A stretch of DNA of 64,000 bases from Chloroflexota bacterium. Lineage in GTDB: Bacteria; Chloroflexota; Dehalococcoidia; Lucifugimonadales; UBA3495. Under the pieces are notes generated by a model. That model made no database searches. It worked only from the letters and a program-made list of their open reading frames with translations, and had not been told where the DNA came from. Position 1 is the first letter of the stretch. Every line of letters starts with the position of its first letter. The position numbers and the translations under genes are program-made. Below are positions 9,532-19,769 of the stretch, piece by piece. The stretch is from assembly GCA_027623675.1 (NCBI GenBank), contig JAQBVF010000004.1:32001-96000 (forward strand), read 5' to 3'.

Positions 9532-10449
9532 ATGTACGAGAAGATTCTAGTTCCCTTAGATGGGTCCAAGACTGCTGAAACGATCTTGCCCAACGTTGTG
9601 AGACTGGCCCTCGAGTCCAGAGCCAAGGTCGTTCTGTTAACGGTGGATGTCCCCCATGCGGCCTCAGGCAGGGCTGGTTTTGGTTGGAGTGAATTTGGCA
9701 ACGCGATGGCCACGCTGGAAAAACCGGGGGCCCAAATGAAGGCGTATCTGGACAGCGCGGCCAGCATGCTGGAGGGGATGGAGGTTTATGCCACGACTGC
9801 CACGGCCGCTGGGAACGCGGCTGAGGAGATACTGGCTTACGCGACGACGCACGGATGCGACCTGATTGCCATGTCCACCAGGGGCCGCTCCGCTCTGCGC
9901 CGAGGTCTGATGGGCAGCGTAACCGACGCCGTGATGCGGGCATCGACTGTGCCGGTCCTGGCAGTTGGCCCGAATAGGGTCGACGGAAAGGATTTGGACG
10001 GCTCCATCCGCACCATTGCCGTTCCTCTGGACGGCTCGGAGACAGCGGAAGCGGTGCTTCCTCATGTGGAAACATTGGCTGGCCTTCTGTCACTGGAGGT
10101 CGTCCTGCTGCGGGTGGTGCGTCTGATGCCTTGGGCCTATGGCGCCCATGACGGGATTCCGTTGGACACGACCGACATAGAGCATGCCTTGAAGTCTGAG
10201 GCCAAGGCGTACTTGGCCAAGATCGAGGCGAGGTTCACGGCGAAGGGCATTGCATGCCGCAGTGAGGTGCTGCACGGGGTGCCATGGGACAAGATCGTGG
10301 CCTACGTTGGTAAGTTTGACGACATGATGGTTGCCCTATCCACCCACGGCCGTTCCGGGTTGCCGCGTTTGGTTTTGGGCAGCGTTGCCGACATGCTCAT
10401 CAGGTCACTGGAAACGCCTACTCTCGTCGTAAGACCGAGCCGGCCGTAG
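9532..10449 (+). CDS. Tandem universal stress protein (2x Usp)
   Basis: KILVPLDGS...MSTRGRS...GSV and VPLDGS...STHGRSG...LGSVAD; GGAGG SD. Confidence 0.93.
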   Translation: MYEKILVPLDGSKTAETILPNVVRLALESRAKVVLLTVDVPHAASGRAGFGWSEFGNAMATLEKPGAQMKAYLDSAASMLEGMEVYATTATAAGNAAEEILAYATTHGCDLIAMSTRGRSALRRGLMGSVTDAVMRASTVPVLAVGPNRVDGKDLDGSIRTIAVPLDGSETAEAVLPHVETLAGLLSLEVVLLRVVRLMPWAYGAHDGIPLDTTDIEHALKSEAKAYLAKIEARFTAKGIACRSEVLHGVPWDKIVAYVGKFDDMMVALSTHGRSGLPRLVLGSVADMLIRSLETPTLVVRPSRP

Positions 10450-10505
10450 TCTGTAAAAAGAGCACGTCCGGTCCGACTCCCGAGACCGGGTTGGGAGGTC
10501 GTGAG

Positions 10506-10676
10506 ATGGCGCACATAACGGGAGCTGGCCGACCCGAAAAAGGCGTGTCGGCTGTGGTTGAAATCACCGCAAATCTTGGTATTTGGGCTTGGGCGCCATT
10601 TCGGGACTCGCGTGGTTCCGCAATCGGCGCGTGGTCGCGGCGCGGTTTCCGAATCGTCCTTCCTCCCAAGGACTGA
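10506..10676 (+). CDS. Possible small hypothetical protein (56 aa)
   Basis: GGGAGG SD 7 nt upstream and terminator-like hairpin downstream; no recognisable motif. Confidence 0.3.
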   Translation: MAHITGAGRPEKGVSAVVEITANLGIWAWAPFRDSRGSAIGAWSRRGFRIVLPPKD

Positions 10677-10699
10677 GTCGAGAGACACGCTGAAGGATG

Positions 10700-10745
10700 G
10701 AGGCCTCACCGGCGCACCGTTGGTGGGGCCTCTAGTCTTTTATTG
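10700..10745 (+). terminator. Intrinsic terminator-like hairpin
   Basis: GAGGCCTCACC...GGTGGGGCCTC followed by a T-rich tail. Confidence 0.6.
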
Positions 10746-10779
10746 GGTTGGTGCGTTCGGGGTCCGCGGAACGGCGGAC

Positions 10780-11688
10780 CTATAGCGCGCCGGGCGGGTA
10801 GTGTTCCAGCCACCAGCGGGCTATCTCGTCCCGGCGGGCGAACCAAACGTTGGAGAAGTTTTTGGTGTAGCGGAGAAATTTCTCCACGGCGCGGGAGCGT
10901 GCCGGGCGACCGGCTATGCGGCAGTGAAGGCCCACCGACATCATCTTGGGATGACTGGCCCCCTCTTCATACAGGCAATCGAAGGTCTCTTTCAGGTATT
11001 CGTAGAAATCGTTGATGCTGACCAGGCCGCCGCGCCAGAACCGGGCGTCGTTGGTCTCCATGCTGTACGGCACCACCAGCCAGGGCTTGGCCGTCCCCTC
11101 ATTTTCCACTTCCACGTAATAAGGCAGGTCGTCGTTCAGACCGGCGCTGTCGTAGATGAACCCGCCCTCGTCAGCCACCAGGCCTCTGGTGTTCAGGCTG
11201 GGGCCGTAGCGGGTGAACCAACCCACCGGGCGCTCTCCGGTGCTCCGCTCCAACGAAGCCACGGCCTTGGCGATTGCCTCGCGCTCGGCACCAATGTCTT
11301 GCAGGTGGTACTCCTCCCATCGGTAGCCGTGGCCGCAGACCTCATGGCCCTGGGCGGTGATCTCCTTGGCCACCGCCGGGTTGCGCTCCAGAGCCAGGGC
11401 ACAGGAGAAGAATGTGGACTTGACGCCGTGGCGTTGGAACATGTCCATCAGCCGCCACACGCCCACCCGGCTTCCGTATTCGAAGAAAGACTCATTGTTC
11501 AGGTCGCGGTCCTGGGGTGGCACGGGAGACGGCACCTCGCCGTTGGTCTCGTGGTGGGAGTCGCCGTCCAGCGTTGAATATTCCGAACCCTCTTCATAAT
11601 TGACCACCAGGGACACGGCGATGCGCGCGCCTCCGGGCCACTCTATCTGGGGAACGTCCTTTCCGTAGCCGATCAGGTCTCGCTGCAT
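10780..11688 (-). CDS. Polysaccharide deacetylase-fold protein, PuuE allantoinase-like
   Basis: RDLIGYG, WPGGARIAVSLVVNYEEG, FEYGSRVG, HGYRW, MSVGLHCRIAGRP. Confidence 0.9.
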   Translation of the reverse strand: MQRDLIGYGKDVPQIEWPGGARIAVSLVVNYEEGSEYSTLDGDSHHETNGEVPSPVPPQDRDLNNESFFEYGSRVGVWRLMDMFQRHGVKSTFFSCALALERNPAVAKEITAQGHEVCGHGYRWEEYHLQDIGAEREAIAKAVASLERSTGERPVGWFTRYGPSLNTRGLVADEGGFIYDSAGLNDDLPYYVEVENEGTAKPWLVVPYSMETNDARFWRGGLVSINDFYEYLKETFDCLYEEGASHPKMMSVGLHCRIAGRPARSRAVEKFLRYTKNFSNVWFARRDEIARWWLEHYPPGAL

Positions 11689-11794
11689 CGGGTGTCCTCC
11701 TAGCCTCGTAAGTAGGGGCCATTATATCGCCGGGCCCGGTTGTCGCCATGATAAAATCGGTCACGCTTAAGACGAGCCTCACCGAAGGTGCGCC

Positions 11795-13756
11795 ATGACT
11801 AAGTCCATCACCCCTGACCTGGTTTACCGCCTAAGAACGGTTGGTGACCCAGCCCTGTCTCCCGACGGCACGCTGCTGGCCTATACGTTGGGCTGGGTCG
11901 ACAGCGATAGCCTGGGGAGCCGTTCCCGGATAACCCTGGTGGACCTGGGAGACGGCTCGAGCAGGGAATTGACCCAAGGCGAGAAAGACGCAGCGGCCAA
12001 GTTCTCGCCCGACGGCCGCCAGGTTGCCTTCCTGCGTTCCGTCGGCGGCGCGCCTTCTCAGGTGTGGGCCGTGGGGACCGACGGCGAGAGCGAACAGCAA
12101 TTGACCCATCTGAAAAAGGGCGTGTTCGACTACCAATGGTCGCCCGATGGGCAGAAAATTGTGGTCTGTGCCGATGTCGACCCTGCGCCCGACGGTCCGG
12201 CAGAAGGTTCGGAAGGTGTTTTGGAAGGCATTCCTCAGGTGACAGTGGTCCAACGGATACGCTACCGGTACGACACCCTTGGCTGGCGGGGCGATTCCCA
12301 CTTCCACCTGTTCGTATTGGACCTGGAGAGTGGGGAGGTCCGGCAGATCACGGACGGAGATTGGGACGACACGGCCCCGGTCTGGTCACCCGACGGCTCG
12401 CAGATCGCCTTCATGTCGGGACGCCGCGACGACCGAGATTTCCTCGCCCTGAGCGAGGTTTACAGCGTGCCGGCGACCGGAGGCGAGGCTAGATTGCGGT
12501 CCGAGGGTTTGTTCAGCGTCGGCGCGCTAACCTGGTCGCCTGACGGGCAGCGTCTGGCGGTGGTCGGGTCGGACGCCCCCGAGGGCATGGTGCTGTGGCA
12601 GGGTTGGCTATACGTGCTTGAGGAAGGTAGGGTGCCGAGAAAGCTGACCGACGACACGGTCAGACCCTACCTAGGGTTTCCACCGGTGACGCGGCCGGCC
12701 ACCCTAAATTGGACCGGTGATGGCCGCATCGTCTACTTGGGGGAGCGTAAGGGGGAATCGTTCCTTTTCCGGACGCCCTGTGAAGGCGGGAGCCGCGAGG
12801 TGATCTGGGGCGGTTCCTGCTTGGCCACGGGGTTGTCGATGGACCAGCAAGCCGGCACGGCTGTCGTCGTGGCCACGTCTCCCGCATCCCCCGGTGACAT
12901 CCACCGGGTCGATCTAGCCACGGGCCAGGCGCGGCAGGTATCGGACCATAACCGCGCCTACATGCAGGAGCATCCGGCGGCGCGCCTGGAGAAATTCTTT
13001 ATCCAACGGGCCGGATACGAGATTGAGTGCCGGCTGTTGCTTCCGCCCGGATTCGACGCCGCCAACACCTACCCCTTGGTCTTGGATATACACGGCGGTC
13101 CAAACGGGGCGTTCTATGACGCTTTTGTCCCGGCCCAACAGGTCTTGGCCACGGCGGGATACCTGGTGTTGGCGGTGAACCCCAGGGGCTCGTCCACCTA
13201 CGGCGAGGATTTCATGATGGCTGTGCTCGGCGATTGGGGCGGCGAGGATTACCAGGACCTGATGGCTGCGGTTGACGAGGTCTGCCGGCGGCCCTATGTG
13301 GACTCAGCCAGACTGGGCGTTCACGGCTATAGCTACGGTGGTTATATGACCAGCTGGACCGTGGGGCATACCAACCGGTTCAAGGCTGCGGTGGTGGGCG
13401 CGCCCTGCATCAACCTTCACAGCATGTACGGAACATCTGACATCGGAATCAGCTTCGGGGAGGCACAATGGGGCGGGTCCGTGGCCGACGCGGTGGACAA
13501 GATGTTGGAGCGTTCGCCGATCTCGTATGCGTCCAGGGTTGAAACGCCGGTCCTGCTGCTGCACGGAGACGCCGACGCCCGGTGTCCCATCGGTCAGAGC
13601 GAGGAGTATTTCACGGCGTTGAAACGGCTGGGCAAAGAGGTTGAGTTCGTTAGGTTCCCCGGCTGCTCCCATCTGTTCCCCCGGATGGGTCACGCCAAGA
13701 TGCGTGAGGAATACCTGACTCGGACCCTGGGCTGGTTCAACCGGTTCATAACGTAG
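11795..13756 (+). CDS. S9 family peptidase (acylaminoacyl peptidase-like, beta-propeller + hydrolase)
   Basis: Repeated WSPDG; IHGGP, NPRGS, GYSYGG nucleophile, D..CP, FPG.SH. Confidence 0.95.
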   Translation: MTKSITPDLVYRLRTVGDPALSPDGTLLAYTLGWVDSDSLGSRSRITLVDLGDGSSRELTQGEKDAAAKFSPDGRQVAFLRSVGGAPSQVWAVGTDGESEQQLTHLKKGVFDYQWSPDGQKIVVCADVDPAPDGPAEGSEGVLEGIPQVTVVQRIRYRYDTLGWRGDSHFHLFVLDLESGEVRQITDGDWDDTAPVWSPDGSQIAFMSGRRDDRDFLALSEVYSVPATGGEARLRSEGLFSVGALTWSPDGQRLAVVGSDAPEGMVLWQGWLYVLEEGRVPRKLTDDTVRPYLGFPPVTRPATLNWTGDGRIVYLGERKGESFLFRTPCEGGSREVIWGGSCLATGLSMDQQAGTAVVVATSPASPGDIHRVDLATGQARQVSDHNRAYMQEHPAARLEKFFIQRAGYEIECRLLLPPGFDAANTYPLVLDIHGGPNGAFYDAFVPAQQVLATAGYLVLAVNPRGSSTYGEDFMMAVLGDWGGEDYQDLMAAVDEVCRRPYVDSARLGVHGYSYGGYMTSWTVGHTNRFKAAVVGAPCINLHSMYGTSDIGISFGEAQWGGSVADAVDKMLERSPISYASRVETPVLLLHGDADARCPIGQSEEYFTALKRLGKEVEFVRFPGCSHLFPRMGHAKMREEYLTRTLGWFNRFIT

Positions 13757-13843
13757 CTGCGGCCCGGCCAGATGGACGGACCGTGAGGAACCGGGACCCG
13801 GGCGAGTTGGTTTCGGGAATCGCGCCGGGGGTAACCGGCGGTC

Positions 13844-16582
13844 CTATGCCTGGTCGCCCGGTATGGTTCTTACCACGTCAGAGCGTGGATCGATGACAGC
13901 TTCGTCTCTATTGGAGATGGCCGCGACCAACTGCTCTAGCTTGCGAATGTCGAAAGGTTTCGACACGACCGGGTTGGCGATGTTGTCGAGAAACGCCCTG
14001 GTTGCAGTACCGACGGTGTCTCCGGTGACGAAAATGATGCGGTCCACGAGTTCGGGGTATGCCGCATTGACCTTCTCGTATAACCCCTGCCCGCCCATGC
14101 CGGGCATCCTTAGGTCCAGCAGGATGCAGTCGTATCTCAGGCACTCAAGTTTGCGCCAAGCTTCTTCACCGTCGCCTGCCTGGTCCACGTTGTACCGCCG
14201 CAGCTCAAGCTGTTTCGCCAGGACCGAGCGTAGGTCTGGTTCGTCGTCCACCACCAAGATATGCCTGGCGGGCTTGGATCCGGCGCCGAAATCTGGTGAG
14301 TTAGAGCTGTCGTCCAAGGCGGGAGCCTCCAAGTTGGCGGTCACCGGCAATCGGATGTAGAAAGTGGCGCCTTCATCAACCTTGCTTGCCGCCCAGATCG
14401 CCGCTTCGTGTTGGGCTAGGATTCCGAGACAAACGCTCAGTCCCAGCCCCGCGCCGGACCCAACCTCTTTGGTGGTGTAGAAGGGCTCGAATACCCTGCT
14501 GAGAATGTCTGAAGGGATCCCAGGTCCGTCGTCTTTGATGCTGATGGTCACGCTGTTTTCCCCAGCGGTGGCCGAGACAGTTATCTGGCCCCTGCCGTGG
14601 GCCGATGAACATGCCTGTTCGGCGTTGGACAGGATGTTTAACAAGACCTGAATCATCAAGTGCTCGTCCATCATGATCAGAGGCAGGTCGCTCGGGACGT
14701 CCTCTACGAGGGTGATATTGTTGATGCGGAACTCGTGAGACTTCATCTCAACGGCTCGGCTTATCAGGCCCGAGATGCCCAATGGCCGCCGGTCCGGAGT
14801 GGATTTTTTGGCAAATTGCAGAAGGTTTCTCACGATATTGGCAGCCCGGTAGGCTTGGGCTGAAACCACCTGAAGGTCGCTGCGGATGCCATCGGGCAGG
14901 TCTTCGTCGAGAATCATCTGGGAATAGAGAACGATCGAGGTCAACGGGTTGTTGATCTCATGGGCGACGCCGGCGGAGAGTTCACCGATCGACGCCATGT
15001 GCTTGGCTTCAGCCAGTCTGCGGTCGGTTTCTTTGCGCTCCGTGATGTCTTCGACAAACCCTCCGATGCGGTAGACGTCGCCGGATTCTTCTTTGACGGG
15101 GAACCCGCGGCTAGAGATCCAGAGCTGCCGCCCGTCGGCGCGCATGATGCGGAATTCCTCGTACAGCTCTCCGGTGATAAGTGCCGTTGCAGCAGCCTTG
15201 TTGACGCGCTCGCGGTCTTCCGGATGCACCAGGTCCAGCCAGGAAAAAGATTTTTCATAAAGTATGCCGGCGGGGATACCCCATATCCGCTCGACGCTGG
15301 GACTGACGTAGACCACCTTGTGCGGCCTCAAGTCGGATAGCCAGAAGCCGCCGTGGACGTTGTCGGCGATCTGACGGAAACGGGCCTCGTTCTCTTGGGC
15401 TTCGACGATCGCCCTCTTCCTCTTTTCGTTAAGGTCGTGATTGACCATTGCGCCGCCCAGCAGGGGGCCGACACGCTCGGCCAAACTCAGGTCAGCTCCC
15501 GCGAATGGATCACCCGACCTGGCCAGGATGAGGACTCCAACCACAGCTTCACCCAACTTGAGAGGCATAACCAGGATCGAGTCATGTCCTGCGTCCCAGA
15601 ACGTTTGCGTTTGCAGAAAACCTTCTGGCGTGCCACCCGGACTGTCGCGGTTGATCACCGCGCTTTCCGCCGACCGGGCGGTATCGAGCGCCACACCGCC
15701 CAAAGCTGCTCGGACGGCGGCTCCGTGATCTGGAGCGGTGTTTTCTCCAAGCACGAATGGCGTGCTGACGGTCTGCTGCTCCACGTCGACCGAATCGATC
15801 GAGATGTGCTGGTACGTGATTAACTTGCCCAACTCGGTGGCGAAATTGGAGAATTTATCCTCGATTCCCTGGGGAGAGCTAACGATGCGGCCGATGTTCG
15901 CCTCTACTTCCCTCTCTTGGATCTCCCTGTTGCGGTGTAGGTCCAACTCGTGATTCGCGAACGCACCGCTACGCAGATCGCTGCCCCGTTCTTCCTGCAG
16001 GCCGACATTCTCTATCAGCGCCCCAAGCATGCCGGTGACGGCGGTTACGAGTTGGACGGTATCCGGATGGAAATGGTCGACTTCGGTTGAGGAGAACGCC
16101 AGCATTCCCACCAGGTTTTCATCGGCCTGGACCGGGCAGATGAGGAAGGAACGGTAAAGAGGCGAATAATACTGCGGCATGGGCTCTTTGAGCTTGGCGG
16201 TATCGCTGATCACCAATGTGGTGCGCTCCCTGAAGGCGCGCGCTATCGGGCAGCAGCGGTGGTTGGATAGAGGCAGGTCAAAATCTCTATCCTTCATGGT
16301 GGACTTCTCGGTGGGAGAGTAGGCCGCAACCAAACGGAGTCCGCTGCCGGAATCGTTCAGGGTCCTTAGACTGGCCACGGCAGAGTTGGCGGTACGGGCT
16401 AACACCGCCAGCATCATTTCAGATTTTAGGCTGTGGTCCATCGGCCTAGTCAGAATCGCGGCGATCTCCGCCAAGGCGTCGAGCTCTCGCCGCCATTGCC
16501 GGCCAGTCTCCGATAGAGTGACTTCGGTGGGCTGCCGGCCGCGCCTATTTAAAGAACCTAGAATATCGCGGATAATCGTCAA
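13844..16582 (-). CDS. Hybrid sensor histidine kinase (GAF-GAF-PAS-HisKA-HATPase-REC)
   Basis: GVAHEINNPL, NILSNA, DDGPGI, FEPFYTTK, GLGLS, LVVDDE...LLDLRMP; PAS VHPEDR; start uncertain. Confidence 0.92.
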   Translation of the reverse strand: MTIIRDILGSLNRRGRQPTEVTLSETGRQWRRELDALAEIAAILTRPMDHSLKSEMMLAVLARTANSAVASLRTLNDSGSGLRLVAAYSPTEKSTMKDRDFDLPLSNHRCCPIARAFRERTTLVISDTAKLKEPMPQYYSPLYRSFLICPVQADENLVGMLAFSSTEVDHFHPDTVQLVTAVTGMLGALIENVGLQEERGSDLRSGAFANHELDLHRNREIQEREVEANIGRIVSSPQGIEDKFSNFATELGKLITYQHISIDSVDVEQQTVSTPFVLGENTAPDHGAAVRAALGGVALDTARSAESAVINRDSPGGTPEGFLQTQTFWDAGHDSILVMPLKLGEAVVGVLILARSGDPFAGADLSLAERVGPLLGGAMVNHDLNEKRKRAIVEAQENEARFRQIADNVHGGFWLSDLRPHKVVYVSPSVERIWGIPAGILYEKSFSWLDLVHPEDRERVNKAAATALITGELYEEFRIMRADGRQLWISSRGFPVKEESGDVYRIGGFVEDITERKETDRRLAEAKHMASIGELSAGVAHEINNPLTSIVLYSQMILDEDLPDGIRSDLQVVSAQAYRAANIVRNLLQFAKKSTPDRRPLGISGLISRAVEMKSHEFRINNITLVEDVPSDLPLIMMDEHLMIQVLLNILSNAEQACSSAHGRGQITVSATAGENSVTISIKDDGPGIPSDILSRVFEPFYTTKEVGSGAGLGLSVCLGILAQHEAAIWAASKVDEGATFYIRLPVTANLEAPALDDSSNSPDFGAGSKPARHILVVDDEPDLRSVLAKQLELRRYNVDQAGDGEEAWRKLECLRYDCILLDLRMPGMGGQGLYEKVNAAYPELVDRIIFVTGDTVGTATRAFLDNIANPVVSKPFDIRKLEQLVAAISNRDEAVIDPRSDVVRTIPGDQA

Positions 16583-16767
16583 TCTAACTGAATCCTTGGT
16601 CTAAAAACGGCACGGTGAATTTCGTGTAGGTTCAAACCGTGGCGATACCGTGGTTGTACAAGGACAGGCGAATACGCCCCCAACCTGAGATTACAATTTG
16701 TTTGTATGGCCGGAATATCAGTTGGGTAATAATTTTGTGAGAGAGCACTGAGGTCGATTGTTGCTCA

Positions 16768-18123
16768 TCATATTGATTTCGGCGCCTTGGCCCAGCCGTC
16801 GCCCCAGGGAACATCGGCAAGGTTCCTGGAGCGGCGCACTTCGTTGATGGTGAGGACGCCCCGGTCCAAAAGCTGCGCCTCACGCGAAACCCGGACGGAC
16901 TCGTCTTCGCTCAAACCCTCGATTGCGGAGAGGTCGAATTCAAGCTCCAGACCGGGGTACCCCAGGGCCGGAAAAAGGTTGCGTGTGACCTGGTCAGCGA
17001 TGAAGCGCATCTCAGGGACCATGGTATTGCGCCAGAAGAAACGCTCGGCGGCGTTCACGTTGGAGAATGTGGCCCGTTCCAGGTCCGACAGGAGCGGCTT
17101 GGGGACACCGTAGGTCCGGCTGACCTCCTCCAGGCTCCAACGCAGGCCCTGGATGAAGTCCATCTCGCGGTGGCTGATGCCCAGGGTTTTGATGTCCCGG
17201 ACAAAGCTGGCCACGGCGGGCCGGTGCGCTTGCGAGGGGCCGCGAAACCGGGCTTCCCAACGCCGGTAGAACTCCTCCATCTCGTTGTCGGTCATAGTCT
17301 CGTTGGTCAGCAAGACAAAGTCGGGTTGGGCGGAGTTGCGTAGGAAATTACGGTTGAATCGTAGGCTGTCCTTCCCCATGTCGGCCGACATGCGCAGCGG
17401 GGCGATGGGCGACAGGCCGGCGTAGTCTTCCAGCGGGTTGAAGTACCGGAACCAGACCATCTCGTCGGGCGTGTAGGCCACGCGCCCGTCCCGCCCGTTG
17501 TAGACGAATCCTCGGATGTGCTGGCCGCGGTCCGGTACGATGCTAACCCGGTCGGGCCGCAGGGGCCACAACTCTGGTTGCCCCTTCTCGTTGCGCTCGA
17601 TCGACCAGAAGGCAGACCCCCATAGGTTCAGGTAGATCTCCGTGGCCCGCCAGAGGTCGCTGCCGTTATACCAGCGGTTGGCGTGTTCCAAGATTCGTTG
17701 GGCCGGGTGGCCGCGTTCCACGGGCACCCGGCTCCCGGATTCAGTGGTGCGGTATACGACCGCCGGAGCGCGGCTCAGGGCGTCGGACCGCAACCGGATG
17801 GCTGCGTATACCGGCACCGAGGTGGCGTAATATTCGCCGTACTCGGTGCGTGCCCAACCGCCGTTGCTTCCGGCGAACCCTGGGAACCCGTCGACGTCCA
17901 CGGTTGACGCGCGGTTGGCCCGTTGGACGGTGTCCAAGTCTCGGGCTGAGTGTCTTGAAAACCCAGGCAGAAAACCTGGCGCCAGATCCAAAGCCTGTGC
18001 TATCAATCTGGATGCGGCCTGTTTAATCAGACCGTAGACTTGTCCCGTCGTCTGCCGCACGGCTGATTGCTCCGTCCTGGCCGTCTGGTTCGACGGCAGC
18101 GTGGATCTTTGCCTTTCTGTCAT
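16768..18123 (-). CDS. Phage portal protein, HK97 family
   Basis: VYAAI, LWGSAFW, LWPLRPDRV, GLSPI, YGVPKPLL, ATFSN, LTINEVR...WGD; ATG overlaps terminase TGA (ATGA). Confidence 0.93.
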   Translation of the reverse strand: MTERQRSTLPSNQTARTEQSAVRQTTGQVYGLIKQAASRLIAQALDLAPGFLPGFSRHSARDLDTVQRANRASTVDVDGFPGFAGSNGGWARTEYGEYYATSVPVYAAIRLRSDALSRAPAVVYRTTESGSRVPVERGHPAQRILEHANRWYNGSDLWRATEIYLNLWGSAFWSIERNEKGQPELWPLRPDRVSIVPDRGQHIRGFVYNGRDGRVAYTPDEMVWFRYFNPLEDYAGLSPIAPLRMSADMGKDSLRFNRNFLRNSAQPDFVLLTNETMTDNEMEEFYRRWEARFRGPSQAHRPAVASFVRDIKTLGISHREMDFIQGLRWSLEEVSRTYGVPKPLLSDLERATFSNVNAAERFFWRNTMVPEMRFIADQVTRNLFPALGYPGLELEFDLSAIEGLSEDESVRVSREAQLLDRGVLTINEVRRSRNLADVPWGDGWAKAPKSI

Positions 18124-19469
18124 ACCCACAACCTCGTTTTGTTGGCTGATTCCAAGAAGGCCAGCATCAGAGCGTCGGCTTTATCTGGGGATGGGAGTCC
18201 CCGTTGGCGCATGCCTTCTTTGCTTTCCATCTGGATCCGGCCTTGGCTGTCGTAGCTGTAGCGCAGGGCGGCCAATTCGCCCATCAACTGGTGGTCGTTG
18301 GGAATGGCGATCTCGCAGGCCGCGAATAGTTCCCTGAGCCGCCAGTAGCCTTCGGCGCGCAGGTTGGCGAATAGACCATCCTGGCCGGCACGGCGGGCCA
18401 CGTTGATGCCTTTTACCGGGTGACCCTGTTCCTTGAGGCGGTCGACCACGCCTGCTCCCACTCCGATCTCGTCGATACACACCCTTTCGGGAGAGGTGTC
18501 CCGGATGGCCGCGGCCACCCACCCGGCCAATCGCATGGTGTCCATGTTCCGGAAGGTCTGAATCTCCATCACCCGCCCGCCCTGCCTGCGGAGGATGACG
18601 CTGCGGTCGGAGCCGAACCGGGCCACGTCCACCGCCAGGATGACGTCTTCGCCGCTTTCATTGGCGCCGCTGGGTACAACAGCGGTCCAGCGGCACGCGG
18701 CCTCTTCCACGTCGGTCAGGCCGATCAAGGTGTCTTCGGCCTGGTCTGGGAATTCGCCCAGCACCCTGGCCCGATATATGGGGTTGTCCTCGCCCCAGGT
18801 CTCCCGGCGTTCCTCCACCCACCGGGCTGAGGTGAGCCCCGGCACCACCGATCTCCCTGCCTTGACGTTTGGGCTGTCCAAGGCGGAGATGGTGATGTTG
18901 TGGTAGAGGTGCCGTTCCTGGTAGAAGGCCCGGCGAAAGGCGCCGGTCACCGTGGTGGGATTGCCGATCAGCAGCAACAACGGATCGGCGGAGGTCATCA
19001 CGGCTTCGATGGCCTCGTAGATCTCGTCGCTAACGCCTTCCGCCTCGTCGACGACTATCAGCATGTTGGGGCTGTGAAACCCCTGGAACTGGTCGGCGTT
19101 CTCCGCGGACAGGCCCATGGCGTAGCGGTCGTCGGCGATCTCCCAGCGGGTGTCCAGCATCTTGCCGCCCAACAGCTCGGCGTGGGGCCGGAAAAGACGG
19201 TGGACCTGCCGCCAGAGGATGTGCCGCACCTGGCGGAATGTAGGGGCGGTGCTAAGGGCGATGGCGGCGTCTCGGTGCGTGTGCAAGAACCACAACAGGG
19301 TTACGGCGGCGCAGAAACCCTTGCCCAGGCCATTGCCCGATTTGACCGCAACCCGGCGGTGCCGCACCAATGAGTCGAGGACCTCTCGTTGTTTGTCCCA
19401 AAGATTGACGCCCAGTATGTCGGTGGCGAACTCAACTGGAGTCGGGGCGGTGCCCGAAGGTCCCGGCAT
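18120..19469 (-). CDS. Phage terminase large subunit
   Basis: Walker A-like VKSGNGLGKG, Walker B IVVDEAEG, IGNPT coupling motif, RNase H-like nuclease VDVARFGSD, DEIGVGAG, SPDKADAL; start estimated. Confidence 0.92.
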   Translation of the reverse strand: MPGPSGTAPTPVEFATDILGVNLWDKQREVLDSLVRHRRVAVKSGNGLGKGFCAAVTLLWFLHTHRDAAIALSTAPTFRQVRHILWRQVHRLFRPHAELLGGKMLDTRWEIADDRYAMGLSAENADQFQGFHSPNMLIVVDEAEGVSDEIYEAIEAVMTSADPLLLLIGNPTTVTGAFRRAFYQERHLYHNITISALDSPNVKAGRSVVPGLTSARWVEERRETWGEDNPIYRARVLGEFPDQAEDTLIGLTDVEEAACRWTAVVPSGANESGEDVILAVDVARFGSDRSVILRRQGGRVMEIQTFRNMDTMRLAGWVAAAIRDTSPERVCIDEIGVGAGVVDRLKEQGHPVKGINVARRAGQDGLFANLRAEGYWRLRELFAACEIAIPNDHQLMGELAALRYSYDSQGRIQMESKEGMRQRGLPSPDKADALMLAFLESANKTRLWV

Positions 19470-19474
19470 CCGGC

Positions 19475-19684
19475 CTAACTTTGGGCCGGATAGCCCGACT
19501 CTAATGCAGTGGTTCGCGGGCCGTGCTCTTGTTCGTGGGCGGCCTGGGAGGCGGGGCTGGCCGGCGGACTGGTTGGTGGGCTGAATAGGTAACCGCATTC
19601 CTGGCAGCGGAATACGTCGTTATCTTCTTGGGCTCGTTTTTCCAGGGGGATCAGTCGGGGAGACTGGCAACGTCGGCAATGCAA
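19475..19684 (-). CDS. Small zinc-ribbon protein (CxxC...CxxC) heading the terminase-portal operon
   Basis: MHCRRC...FRCQECGYLF; AGGAGG SD before TTG; ends 5 nt before terminase ATG. Confidence 0.7.
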   Translation of the reverse strand: MHCRRCQSPRLIPLEKRAQEDNDVFRCQECGYLFSPPTSPPASPASQAAHEQEHGPRTTALESGYPAQS

Positions 19685-19720
19685 AGCGTGTTACCTCCTG
19701 ATGGCGGTCAGATGTGGAAG

Positions 19721-19760
19721 CCAAAAAAAAGAACGGACCCTTCTTAGAGGGTCCGTCCCT
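19721..19760 (-). terminator. Leader terminator/attenuator upstream of terminase operon
   Basis: Minus strand GGACGGACCCT-CTAAGA-AGGGTCCGTTC-TTTTTTTT between promoter and SD. Confidence 0.75.
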
Positions 19761-19769
19761 GTTGGTAAC

